A DNA stretch of 32,000 bases from Stappia sp. 28M-7 (GTDB taxonomy: Bacteria > Pseudomonadota > Alphaproteobacteria > Rhizobiales > Stappiaceae), in NCBI RefSeq assembly GCF_014252955.1, contig NZ_JACMIA010000001.1, forward strand, positions 1,974,258 to 2,006,257, given 5' to 3'. Below are positions 20,701-28,500 of the stretch, in pieces. The position numbers and the translations under genes are program-made. The notes under the pieces are model-generated. The model made no database searches and was not told the origin of the DNA. It saw only the letters and a program-made list of their open reading frames with translations. The stretch's first letter is position 1, and each line of letters opens with the position of its first letter.

Positions 20701-22561
20701 CGTCTTCGGACACAAGGTGAAGCTGCGCACCATCTTCGCGATGCAGGACCTTGCCGAACTCGCCGCCCATCTCGACGGGTTCGGCGACAGCGGTCAGGAC
20801 ATGCAGGACGATGCGCCGGTGCCGCTTGTCGTCGATCCGCACGCTCAGTTCGAGCCGTTCCCGCTGACCGACGTGCAGCAGGCCTATTTCATCGGCCGCC
20901 AGCCCGTGTTCCCGCTGGGCGGGGTGTCGACCCACATCTTCGCGGAAATTGAGGTGAGCGACCTGTCCGCAGAAGCGCTGGGCTGGGCGTGGAACCGGCT
21001 GGTGCAGCGTCACGGCATGTTGCGGGCGGTGATCGACGAGGCGGGCAACCAGCGGATCCTGCCGCAGGTTCCGGTCTTCTCGGCAATGACGTCGGACCTG
21101 ACGGAAGGCGACGAGGCAGCGCTCGAGCATTGGCTGGAGCGTCAGCGCCGGGAGATGAGCCACCGGGTCTACGACACGGCGCAATGGCCGCTGTTCGACG
21201 TGCGCATGGCCAAGCATGGCGGCGGCGTCAGGTTGCTGGTCAGTCTCGACAATCTCGTCTGCGACGGGCGCAGCATGGTCATGATCCTGTCCGAATGGGC
21301 AGCGCTTGCGCGCGACCGCGCAACGGTCCTGCCGCCGCTGGACCTGTCGTTCCGCGATGTGGTGCTGCACTGGGAGCGCGAGGAAAGCTCGCCCGCCCAT
21401 GCGGCGAGCCTGGAACACTGGTTCGCCCGCCTGCCGGACTTGCCGCCGGCGCCGAGCCTGCCCCTGCAGCGCAAGCCCGAGGACCTGACGCCGCCGCGCT
21501 TTGCACGCCTTGCCGGAACGCTCTCCCATGACGACTGGGCAGCCTTCCGCGCCAATGCGGCGGCGGCCGGCCTGTCTCCCAACGCGGCGCTTCTCTCCGC
21601 CTATGCGGCGAGCCTTCGCGGCGGCGGTGGCGGCGACCGCTTCAGTCTGAACCTGACGCTGTTCCGCCGCGATCCGATCCACCCGCAGATCGACCTTTTG
21701 GTCGGCGACTTCACCTCGCTGTTGCTGGTGCCGTTCGAGGCGCAGGCGGGAGATGGCTTTGCCGCTGCCGCCCGGCGCCTGCAGGACCGTCTGATGGAGG
21801 ATCTGGAGCATGCCCGCGTTTCGGCGGTGCGGGTGATGCGCGAGGCGGCAAGGCGCGGCACGGATGCGCAGGCCCTCGCCATTCCGGTGGTGTTCACCAG
21901 CGGCGTCGGCGTCGACAACACCGCATCGGACGGCAGCACGGCGGACTGGCTGGGGCGCTTCACCGGCGGCATCACCCAGACGCCGCAGGTGTGGATCGAC
22001 CACCAGGTCGTCGACCGGGACGGCGAGCTCGCCTTCAACTGGGACCATGTCGAAGGCCTGTTCGATGCCGAATGGATCGAAGGCGTGTTCAACGCCTATT
22101 GCCGGATGCTGGCCGATCTCGCCGCCGACCCGGGCGCGTGGCAGGCCCTGTTGCCCGCCGTCGATCCCGTCGCTGCCGGCGCCTTGCCGCACGCAGCCGA
22201 TGACGAGCCGGAGGCGGAACCGGCCGTTGCAGTCGATGCGCCTGTCGATGGCGAGATTGCCGACCTGATTGCCGATCTCCTGGCGCAGGAACTGGGCATC
22301 GGCGCGCCGGACCGGGAGGCGAGCTTCTTCGAGCTGGGGGCAACGTCGCTGACCTTGCTGCGGCTGCACCAGAAGCTGCGCAAGGCGTTGGCGCGCAATT
22401 TCCCCGTGGTCGCCATGTTCGCCCACCCTTGCGTCCAGGCACTCGCCGGGCACCTCGGGGCGCCGGAGCCGGCCCTTGCCGGCGAGGCCGGGCGTGCCGG
22501 CACGCGCCGGGCGGCGGGCCGGGCCAATGCCGAGCGCCGGCGCCGGGTGCGCGAGCTGTGA
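9980..22561 (+). CDS. Hybrid PKS-NRPS megasynthase: FAAL-ACP-KS-AT-KR-ACP-Cy-A(embedded MT-like)-PCP-Cy-PCP
   Basis: This is a single 12.6-kb open frame. The start is placed at ATG 9980 (MSVVSPEVPAVETLVDAIAHWAG...), with GGAG 7 nt upstream. All domain core motifs were read in the translation (see the domain features). Stop TGA at 22559-22561. Confidence 0.95.
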   Translation: MSVVSPEVPAVETLVDAIAHWAGERGEEIALDFRARSGAAPVTLTYAQLSASARALAARLSEKGSRGERVLILLPSGIDYVVALLGCMQAGFIGVPVNLPGPSRVRRVLGKVGPIAADCRPAFIVTTEEIRRQSQADLEAFAQEAGARVLILDAPCERCAWQGDPLRGTDTAFLQYTSGSTGEPKGVINGHAPLMRNLRFIARLLAPKERPVVVSWLPLYHDMGLIMGVLAPLVAGGKAVVLSPTSFVADPLHWLEVASAEGAGMMPCPAFSMDACVERYDAARCADLDLSRVESFIPAAEPVLPRQVAAFRDTFAPHGLRPEAIRPAYGLAEATLLVTTGFEPAGPRHLAVDTAALEEGRVVPVAEAAAAASRIYVSNGAETDGQDVRIVDPQTLETLPEGRVGEIWVGGDEIAWGYWGNEAASAATFRAVPADGAPEHAFLRTGDLGFLQDGHLYVTGRLKDMMILRGQCHYPNDLEASLVGAHPAIVGGAAAAFAVEDAQGREAVVLVQEVRRDGSLDTGEVESTIREVIAREHGLALADVVLIRKGTLKRTTSGKVRRAEMRRAYLAGELVLAVAPVADEPASRPAPAADGYRALVAEIAARALGLGSARRIDPQASLFALGFDSLAATQAIAALEARLGRQLPEGLLFDHPTVASLADWLARAEQADSEPAQTSAASRADARAASSSAPRAEPLAIIGLSCLFPGGDEDFDDPARFWSFLMEGGDAVRPLSPARFAPEPEIPGFGACLTRVDGFDAAFFGMGAREAINTDPQQRLLMEAAWHALEDAGIPPSSLAGTDTGVFIGIGTGDYGHIPFATGDRSHLDPYYGTGTAFAAAAGRLSFFFDWHGPSLAVDTACSASHAAVHSACQALRLGECGVALAGGVKLQMLTEIDVVLARAGMLAPDGRCKTFDASADGYVRGEGLGMVVLKRLSDALRDGDPIRAVVLESVLAQDGASAGLSAPNAAAQRRMIETALTRAGLTPGDIDYLELHGTGTRLGDPIEYRAVRDVFAGRPQDDPLYLGSVKTNIGHLEAGAGIAGLIKAVLAVEAGQMPPHLHLNEVNPEIGLGEIPAVVPDRATDWPRRGSLRRAGVTSFGFAGTIGHILLEQAPEQEPERALERAQETEGSEAEGKPPLLLAFSARSREAADGLRRAFAERLSQPGTDARALVNAAAHHRDHEAGHRIAVAAGDAAGLVAELERAVCEESPAAPARVAFLFTGQGAQYPAMCRGLYEAEPVFREAFDRADAALQPHLGRSIRDLVFSASEDELRRTEFAQPALFAVQFALARLWRAFGIEPAAVIGHSIGEFAAFVHAGMLELNDAARIIARRGRLMQELPEAGAMLAVRLPQDEAEALAEEHGLSLAAVNSSADAVLAGSEDKVDRLAAMLEGRGVSARRLHVSHAFHSALMEPMLAPFAEVAGDIVLGDPRLRVFSTVTGAELERAPGADYWGTQARRTVRYAEALARAFEAGFDTFVEIGPRPVLTMLSQREAQHHDLTGALFLASAAPDDAGGLMLRRSLAALYRRGVDANRAAVFRGERARPSQLPLYPFAHKSYWLDYSASQPTRAALPAPGRDSSGVLPLYQVEWEQVELPPAAPAAASVPGAPLLAVGGSPDLVRALRAAAPGREIAACGSDEQFAGNSEQPIVWLDGFGVEGEAADPASCVSNLWRLIRLSQTLQSTSQKFRILLPTCGAQGENGTNAPFQAAFWGAARSLSIECPDLQILLVDIDPRCDPAGIFTELLPRLDAVFEEQDMLQARADGWFSPRITPLEAAASQDTGDLPVDGAYLVCGGAGATGAHVVEWLAARGVRHIVVTARSAPGPRVRAAHERLRLAGVDIRHVEADVADEAAMAAVLAGIDGDNVPLRGVFHCAGIGLFDTLEELGEENFSAVLRSKLEGSAVLHRLTEHRTDLAVFVLFSSISGVWGSRLQIHYGAANAYQDALVRSRRARGLPGLSIAWGPWGGKGGLSDLEDNLLDLLRRARIHKFEPARGIATLNRLVAGPGGNVVAVDVEWPAFAPLYRAFGRSDLLARVAPALAGPVEGEHPDWSRLSEDERRQTVGAFVDAALREVLKVDAGVLTDEADLIGLGLDSILVMDLARIVTRDLGLACPLRAIFENATPGRLRAHLVDLAGEAEPAPGGGDTLPGSGGQGLILADPNARHEPFPLTELQYAYWVGRDPRHVLGGIACHAYLETEPDTPFDVTRLEDAWNLLIARHDALRLVVDDSGRQRILEEVPRYRIEVTDLSNADPDRIAYHLLEMRETLSHQVLDPSAWPMFDIRLTRMPGGRDRLHISIDMLINDAMSSQILWQEWQALYLAGSPEAAGLPPFTISFRDYVLAKSAPDAERKRRQEIDRAYWMAQLDELPQGPQLPLARAPEHIGVPRFSRLQAGLDASRWEALKAQARAVGVTPAGLLVGVFGEVLAAWSDQARFSLNLTIFDRLALHEDVPRLVGDFTCLTLLPLDFGTAMPLGERLREVQGRMFEALEHRTFSAVDVLRELNRGGSGRQFAAPVVFTSQLGMQDPTKGTSEGDVLGRLVHGITQTPQVWLDHQAGEQDGGLVYNWDVVDGLFPAGLVEGMFTAYGAVLERLADEAQAWGEPVGDLRPEDQRKVRRAVNETARELPLDLLDAPFFRNAQARPQALALISGVRSYSYGELAGWVGKLAGGLRQAGIRHGERVAVLMEKGPEQAAACLAILSQGGVYVPVDPAIPSQRFASIVETSGIRLALTQTRLIGRLPEFSGKLIPADEDACRDFEEAGPASGRALSDEAYVIYTSGSTGTPKGVLIDHRGASNTVLDINARFGVDENDRIFGFSALGFDLSVYDLFGGFAAGAALVLPDPEGTHDPSHWAELIARHGVSVWNSVPAVCDLLLGETEADLSSLRLVLLSGDWVPLKLPAILRERVPGARLIAMGGATEASIWSNWFEVEEVRPGWTSIPYGTPLSNQSYRVLDTRLRDRPDWVIGDLHIGGVGLALGYEGDKERTEAAFIRHPDGEPLYRTGDMARYWPDGVIEFLGRRDTQVKIAGHRIELGDIEAALAGHAGIRDAVVDVVGSQERGRRLVAWLRLEGTHPDFHEDLTADPVEAEAIAASLGDTLAGGMAAVALPKGRTGAYADWQAGLAARMLADLFAGAGLLGEGEKSFDKQDAETALGLAAEFSPLLPRWLAHLERLGVVRREGERFAPGVLPLSWGDMERRAGEAGLAPALLSRVKALVPELASVLRGETDPLELFYADGADLSPERLARLHPCAVDAHRRIGETLAAMAETAGRPLRVLEIGARAGVATRDWLAGLVEAAGDLPAHTRVDLVLADPSPLLLADALRDLPGGLQAATVVFDPEGTVPPDLEPNSFDVVLAFNALHRARDVGTVLAAVRSLLKPAGHLLAVELTVNGPMIDLTAGVIERGFAGLADGRKQSGLPLMAASAWTQSLDEAGFDAAMALDPADNGDLAVLAARNADPAVRFRPERVIRHLEGLLPAYMVPRQVVPLAALPLSANGKVDRKRLPLPGEVAPEQQALAAPRSESERRLAAIWSELLGHAVGRDANFFAAGGDSLIAVRMAERIRAVFGHKVKLRTIFAMQDLAELAAHLDGFGDSGQDMQDDAPVPLVVDPHAQFEPFPLTDVQQAYFIGRQPVFPLGGVSTHIFAEIEVSDLSAEALGWAWNRLVQRHGMLRAVIDEAGNQRILPQVPVFSAMTSDLTEGDEAALEHWLERQRREMSHRVYDTAQWPLFDVRMAKHGGGVRLLVSLDNLVCDGRSMVMILSEWAALARDRATVLPPLDLSFRDVVLHWEREESSPAHAASLEHWFARLPDLPPAPSLPLQRKPEDLTPPRFARLAGTLSHDDWAAFRANAAAAGLSPNAALLSAYAASLRGGGGGDRFSLNLTLFRRDPIHPQIDLLVGDFTSLLLVPFEAQAGDGFAAAARRLQDRLMEDLEHARVSAVRVMREAARRGTDAQALAIPVVFTSGVGVDNTASDGSTADWLGRFTGGITQTPQVWIDHQVVDRDGELAFNWDHVEGLFDAEWIEGVFNAYCRMLADLAADPGAWQALLPAVDPVAAGALPHAADDEPEAEPAVAVDAPVDGEIADLIADLLAQELGIGAPDREASFFELGATSLTLLRLHQKLRKALARNFPVVAMFAHPCVQALAGHLGAPEPALAGEAGRAGTRRAAGRANAERRRRVREL
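11760..11985 (+). other. Domain: ACP (loading)
   Basis: LFALGFDSLAATQAI, with the phosphopantetheinyl Ser codon at 11864-11866. Confidence 0.85.
12068..13325 (+). other. Domain: ketosynthase KS1 (catalytic C-H-H intact)
   Basis: PLAIIGLSCLFPG, DPQQRLLME, VDTACSAS (Cys codon 12563-12565), ELHGTGTRLGDPIE, KTNIGHLEAGAG. Confidence 0.92.
13634..14460 (+). other. Domain: acyltransferase, malonyl-CoA-type motifs
   Basis: FLFTGQGAQY, GHSIGEFAA (Ser codon 13907-13909), and a HAFH motif (14201-14212) that is associated with malonyl rather than methylmalonyl specificity. Confidence 0.88.
15050..15900 (+). other. Domain: ketoreductase KR1 (catalytic Tyr present)
   Basis: YLVCGGAGATGAHVVEWL (Rossmann), FSSISGVWGSRLQIHYGAANAY (Tyr codon 15800-15802). 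Confidence 0.85.
16165..16400 (+). other. Domain: ACP
   Basis: LIGLGLDSILVMDL, Ser codon 16277-16279. Confidence 0.85.
16490..17800 (+). other. Domain: heterocyclization (Cy1)
   Basis: The Cy N-terminal motif FPLTELQYAYWVGR is present, and DxxxxDxxS (DMLINDAMS, 16892-16918) replaces the HHxxxDG of a normal C domain. Also QTPQVWLDHQ. Confidence 0.9.
17888..20530 (+). other. Domain: adenylation domain, cysteine-type specificity pocket, interrupted between A8 and A9/A10
   Basis: AYVIYTSGSTGTPKGV, FDLSVYDLFG, VWNSVPA, LVLLSGDW, GGATEASIWS, YRTGDMARY, GRRDTQVKIAGHRIELGDIE ... LPAYMVP, ANGKVDRKRLP. Manual alignment to GrsA numbering gives the pocket DLYNLSMIWK, versus the Cys consensus DLYNLSLIWK as I recall it. 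Confidence 0.85.
19215..20400 (+). other. Domain: methyltransferase-like insertion (about 395 aa) inside the A domain, with an atypical SAM motif I
   Basis: LRVLEIGARAGVAT (G-A-R-A-G instead of GxGxG), FDVVLAFNALHRA, LLKPAGHLLAVE. The position between A8 and A9 matches the embedded MT of PchF and the MT-like insert of HMWP2. Confidence 0.7.
20575..20790 (+). other. Domain: PCP1
   Basis: FFAAGGDSLIAVRM, Ser codon 20663-20665. Confidence 0.88.
20852..22140 (+). other. Domain: heterocyclization (Cy2)
   Basis: FPLTDVQQAYFIGR, DNLVCDGRS (21248-21274), QTPQVWIDHQ. Confidence 0.9.
22245..22458 (+). other. Domain: PCP2 (C-terminal)
   Basis: FFELGATSLTLLRL, Ser codon 22346-22348. It is followed by an Arg-rich C-terminal tail. 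Confidence 0.8.
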
Positions 22562-22596
22562 ACCGCCATCTCCCTTCACTTCATTCAGGACGTCCC

Positions 22597-25500
22597 ATGC
22601 GCGCTTTCGACATGAGCCTCTTCACCGAGATCTATCAGGACGTGGAACCGGTCGCGATCATCGGGGCGGGATGCCGCTTCATGGGCGCGGCGGATCCCTT
22701 CACCTTCTGGCAGCGCCTTGCCGACGGCGAGGAGCTGTCCCGCCGGGTGACGGCGCAGGATCTTGCCGCCGCCGGGCTCGATCCGTCCTTGCTGGAGCGG
22801 GACGACTTCGTTCCCGTCGCCAGCGTCGTCGACGAAGCCGAGCATTTCGATGCGGAGCTGTTCGGCTACTCGCCGGCGGAGGCCGCGACCATCGACCCGC
22901 AGCAGCGCCTGTTCCTTGCCTGCTCGCGCGAGGCGCTGGACATGGCGGGGCTGGCCGAGACGGTGGCCGGCATGCGGGTCGGCGTCTTCGGCTCCGCGCG
23001 GATGAGCACCTTCTCGATGCCGCAGCCGGAGGACGTGCTGTCGGCCGGCCAGTCGCGGACCTTCCAGCGGCTGATCGGCAACGACAAGGACTATCTGGCA
23101 ACGCGCACCGCCTACAAGCTGGGCCTGACCGGGCCGGCGCTGACGGTCCAGACGGCATGCTCCAGCTCGCTGGTGGCGGTGCATGTGGCCTGCGAACAGC
23201 TGCGCAGCGGCGAATGCGATCTGGCGCTCGCCGGAGGCGCGGCGCTGACCTTTCCGATGGCCGCCGGCTATTTCCACCAGCCGGGCATGATCTTCTCGCC
23301 CGACGGGACCTGCCGGCCCTTCGATGCGGAGGCGTCCGGCACCTTCATCGGCAACGGTGTCGGCGTCGTGTTGCTGAAGCCGCTGCGCCGGGCGCTGGAG
23401 GATGGCGACGGCATCCTCGCGGTCATTCGCGGATCCGCGGTCAACAATGACGGCACCGACAAGGCCGGCTTCACCGCGCCTTCGCTGGCCGGGCAGCGGG
23501 CGGTGATCGAGGAGGCGATGGCGCTGGCCGGCGTCACCTCCGACAGCATCGGCATGGTCGAGACCCACGGTACGGCAACGCCGCTGGGCGATCCCATCGA
23601 ACTGAATGCGCTGGCCGAGGCCTTCGGCCGCGACACGCCGCGCCGTCACCCCTGCGCGCTCGGCGCGCTGAAGGCAAATACCGGGCACCTCGACACCGCC
23701 GCCGGCATCGGCGCGCTGATCAAGGCGGCGTTCAGCGTCCGCACCGGCCTCATCGCTCCCTGCCTGCATTTCCGAAAGCCCAATCCGGCGCTGGAGATCG
23801 ACGCAACGCCTTTCATGGTGCCGCAGGCGCTGCAGGCCTGGCCGGACGGGCCGAGGATTGCCGGCGTCAGCTCCTTCGGCATCGGCGGGACCAATTGCCA
23901 TGTGATCGTGGAGGACCTGCCGGAGCCGCTGAAGCCGGCACGGCTCAAGGCCGACGGTCCCTTGCAGCTGGCCCTGTCGGCGCCGGATCTGCCGGGGTTG
24001 CGGGCGCTGTCGCAGGCCCATGCCGATCTGCTTCTGGAAGGCGCCTACGAGGGCGAGCTGCCGCGCTACTGCGAAACGCTGGCCCGCCAGCACAAAGGCG
24101 CCCGGGGCGCGCGGCTGGAGATCGGCGGCGGCAACGGGCTGGAGCTTGCCCGCACACTGTCGCTGTTCGCCCGGACCGGCGGCGAGGACGCAGCTTTCGT
24201 GCAGGACAAGGACGCGGCGGCGCCGTGCTGGCGTGCCGGCCTGGCGGAGACGGAGGCTGAGCTGCCCGCCGGCCCTGCAGGACCGCGCGTCATCGCCCCC
24301 GTTGCTCCGCGCGTCGGTGGGCGCATCGCCCGGCCAGGTGCTCGCGAGGGCAGGGACGACGGTTGGGGTGAACTGGTGGCCAGTCTCCAGGAGGCCTCGC
24401 GCCTGCGCGCGGCCGAGCACGACTGGTCATCGCTGGACGCGGAAGGCGCGGCCGTCGCCCGCCTGCACGCCATCCATGTCGCCCATGCCTTCGACAGGCT
24501 CGGCGTCTTTGCGGACGGTGCCTGGCGCACGGTGGAGGAGGCGATGGCGGCGGGCGGCATTCTCCCGCATTACGCCCAGCTCACCGCTCGCTTGCTGCGC
24601 GATCTCGTGGACGAGGGGGTGCTCCGCCGCGAGGGAGACAGGTTCGGCGCGCTTCAAGTGCCGCCGATGGCCGAGGCCGCCCCGCTGCTCGACGACATGG
24701 CCGGGCGCGGCTATCGCCGCCTGACGGGCATGGTCGCCCGCGTCGGTCCGCAGCTTGCGCAGATGCTGACCGGGACGGTGGATGCGGTCTCGCTGGTGTT
24801 CCCGTCCGCCGCCATGGACGACGTGGAGGACATGTACGAGCGCCAGCGCGACAGCGTCTTCCTCAACGATCTTGCCGCCGATGCGGTCGCGGCCATCGTC
24901 GAGGCACTGCCGGCGGGCAAGCCCCTGCGCGTGCTGGAAATCGGCGCGGGAACCGGCGGCACCACGTCCGCGCTGCTGCCAGTCCTGCCGGCACGGCGGA
25001 CCCGCTACACCTTCACCGATATCGGGCCGCTGTTCCTGCGAAAGGCCCGCGACAAGTTCGCCGCTTTTCCGTTCCTCGACTTCGCGACGCTGGATATCGA
25101 GAAGGATCTCGCCGCACAGGGCTTCGAACCGGGCAGCTACGATCTCGTGGTGGCGGCCAATGTGCTGCACAACGGCCGCGACCTGACGCGAGTGCTCACC
25201 GATGTGCGGGGTCTTCTGGCGCCCGGCGGCGTTCTCCTGATGCGTGAGATTTCGCAGCCAAAGCCCTTGTTCGACTTCATTTTTGGTCCGCTGGTGCCGG
25301 TGCTCGACGATATCGAGGCGCGCGGCGGCGAGCTGTTCCCCTCGCTCGCCCGCTGGGGGGCTTTCCTCACCGGAGCCGGGTGGTCCGACTGGTCGTCCTT
25401 CCCGCCGGAAGGGCAGAAGGACGGCGCCATCGGCGAGACGATCCTGCTTGCCCGCAACGGGAAGCCGGCGGCGCCCGTGGCATCCACGTCCCTCGCAAAC

Positions 25501-28500
25501 CGGTCGGAGACGGTGTCGACGACCGATGCTGCGGGCCTGATCGCCGGGCTCGCCGCACGGGCCGGCGACGGGTTCTGGCGGTTCGAGGGCGTGCGGCTTG
25601 TCCCCGCAGCTAAACCGCAGGCCCTGCGTTGGACCAGTGTCGAGACCGAACTTGCCCTTGCAACGGAAACGGGGGCGGAGGTGATCGCGGCAAGGCCCGC
25701 CCGCTTTGCCGGGACCACGCTGCCGCCCATGCCCGGCGAGAACGCGGCCGCCGTCGCCGGATCGCTTGCCGAGGCCTTGCGTCCGGCATTGGCCGGGTTC
25801 GACGGGCAGGGACCGCTTGTCGCCGATGCGGTGAGCGGCACCGGCACCGATGTCTCGGGCGGCCGGCTGTCCGTCCGTTCGCACGACGCTGGCGGGCTGG
25901 GCATTGCCGTCTTCGACAAAACGGACTGGCCGGTCCTGTGGATCGACAATCTCCGCAGGGTCCGGCCGGCCGCCGCCGCGACACGCCCCCAGCTCTGCCA
26001 TTGGCGCTGGGAGGCTGCCAACTCCCGTGTGTCCGCGGGGCGTGTCGCGGCGGTGATCCCGTTCGAAACCGAGCTTTCGCTGCCGGCCGATGCGGGCGAC
26101 GGCGATACCTGTCTTGTCGATCTCACAAAGGCCGACGAGGGGCGGTCGCTTTCCGCTCTCTCTGCCGCCCTGGCTGCGCTGTTGCCTGCGGCGGCGAAAT
26201 CCGGCTGCCGGATCGTGCTGCTGACGCGCGGGGCATTGGCTGCCGTGCCCTGGGACCGGCCTTGTGCGCCGCTGATGGCCGGACTTGCCGGTCTCGTGCG
26301 GGTGGCGGCGCAGGAATATCCGGGCCTGGCGTTGCGACTCGTCGATGACGACGGCAGCCATGGCGAGGACGCGCTGCATCGGGCCTGCCTGGTCGAGGAC
26401 GGCGAGGCGGTCGTCGCCCTGCGCCGGGGGCGGCGCTTCGTGCCGCGCCTCATGGCGCAGGAGGCAGCTCCTTCCTCGTTCGGAGTGGAGCCGGACGGCC
26501 TGCATCTTCTGCTCGGCGGATTGTCGCCGATGGGCCTTGCAACGGCCGAATGGCTGGCCGGAAAAGGTGCGCGCAGCATCCGCATCGCCGCTCGCCGCAC
26601 CCCGTCGGAGGCAGAGGCGGCCCGGATCGCTGCGCTGACTGCTGCCGGGGTCGAGGTGGCCGTCGACAGCAACATCGATCTGGCCGATGCGGCCGCGACG
26701 GATCGGCTGCTCTCGGCCATCGAAGGGGGGACGCTCGCCTCGCTCTTCCACTTCGCTGGGCATCTGGAGGACAGGCCGCTCGCCTCCCTGGATGCTGCCG
26801 CGCTGGAACGGGTGCTGGCGCCCAAGCTGCGGCCGGCCGAAGCCCTGTGCCGGCATATCGCACGGCTGGCGCCTAGGCGCGTGGTTTTCGCTTCATCGGC
26901 CGCGACCGTCTTCGGCCCGGCGGGCCAGGGCGCGCACGCCATTGCCAATGCCGCTCTGGAAGGACTTGCAACCGCGCTGCGCGCGGACGGCATTGCAGCG
27001 ACCGCGCTTGCCTGGGGCTTCTGGGGTGACGGGCGCGCGGAGCGGGTACGGCTGGCGCAGGACCTTGCCGGCCGGGGCATGCTGACGCTCGCGCCGGACG
27101 AGGCGCTGTCGTTGATGGAAGCGGCGCTGGACCTCGGCCACGCGGTGGCAAGCCCGCTGCATGTCGACTGGCAGGCCCTGGCGGGTGCTGCGGGCGGGCG
27201 ACTGCCGCCGGCCCTGTCGCGAATGGCGCAGGCCGCACCGGCCCGCGAGCCGGCACTTGCGCATGGGGATACTGTCGAACCTGTCGGCATCGAGACCTGG
27301 CTTGTCGACCGTCTGGCGAGCCTGCTCGCTCTTCCGCGCGAGCGGATCGACATGCAGGCCAGCCTGCTGTCGCTGGGGATCGATTCCCTGATGATGCTGG
27401 AACTCGCGCAGGCGGTGAAAGGCGAACTGGGGCTCGAGCTTTCGGCAGCTTTCGCCTTGCAGGACCAGACGCCGGCCTCGCTTGCCCGGCACCTCGCTGA
27501 GGCTGGTGGCCAGCTCCCGCCGAAGGCGGCGGGCGCGGACCTTGCAGCCATCGTCATGAACCTGATCGCCGATCTTCTCTCGCTGCCTGCGGATACGGTG
27601 CGCCCCGAGAGCCGGCTGATCGACCTGGGGCTCGACTCCCTGCTGTTTCTCGACCTGTCCGAAAGGCTTGCCGCCGAGACCGGGCTGCGGCTGTCGGGCG
27701 AGGCGGCCATGCGCTTCGATACGGTCGGCGCGCTCATCGAGGGGATCCGCTCGCAGGGCGGTTCGCGGGAGGACGCGGAGGCAGGATCGCTGCGGGCGGC
27801 GCTCGCGGAACTGTCCGCCAGCCGCCAGGGGCTTCTGCTCGCGAATGGCGATCTCGCGCCGGTACCGGTACGCCCGGGCATGACTTGGTCGCTGTCGCCG
27901 CTCCAGCGGGCATGGTGGCTGGGCCGGCGGGCAGGCGCACCGCTCGGCGGCACCGCCCGGCACATGTATGTGGAATACGACAAGGAGACGGCGAGCTTCG
28001 ACCTCGACGCCTTCGAGCAGGCCTGGGCCCGGTTCGTGCAGCGCCACCCGGCCCTGCGCATGACCGTCGATGACGAGGGCAGGGCGGTGCCGGCCGATGT
28101 CGAGACGGTTCCTCCGATCGTCCGCGAGGACCTCTCCGGCCTGACCGACGCGGAGCGGGAGGAGCGGCTTGCCGAAACCCGCCGGCGCATGAGCGCACAG
28201 GCGTTCGACCTGTCCGCCTGGCCGTTTTTCGAATGGCGCGCGTCGCTGCTGCCGGAAGGGCGCCTGCGCCTGCACTTCGACATCGACACGACCTTCCTCG
28301 ATATCGAGAGCTTCCAGGTGATGTTGCGCGAGCTTGGTCGCCATGTGGGGGCGCCCGGTCAGGAGCTGCCGCCGCTGAGCTTTGCGGCGACTGACTACAT
28401 GCGCGGCATGGCGCTGGTGGGAAAGACGCAGGCCGCAGAACAGGCACGCGCAGCGGCTCGCAGGCGCCTTGCCGCCCTGCCGCCGGCGCCGGACCTGCCG

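Noticed and set aside
22429-22596. Upstream start for gene 2, overlapping gene 1 by 133 nt.
   Set aside because: The extension is Arg/Gly/Pro-rich and lies in an alternate frame of the PCP2 coding region. ATG 22597 has an AGGA RBS and sits just before the KS N-terminal motif.
25466-26199. Possible dehydratase remnant between the cMT and the KR-like domain of gene 2.
   Set aside because: No HxxxGxxxxP or DxxxQ/H motifs are present. The segment is better explained as an inter-domain linker plus the KR structural subdomain.
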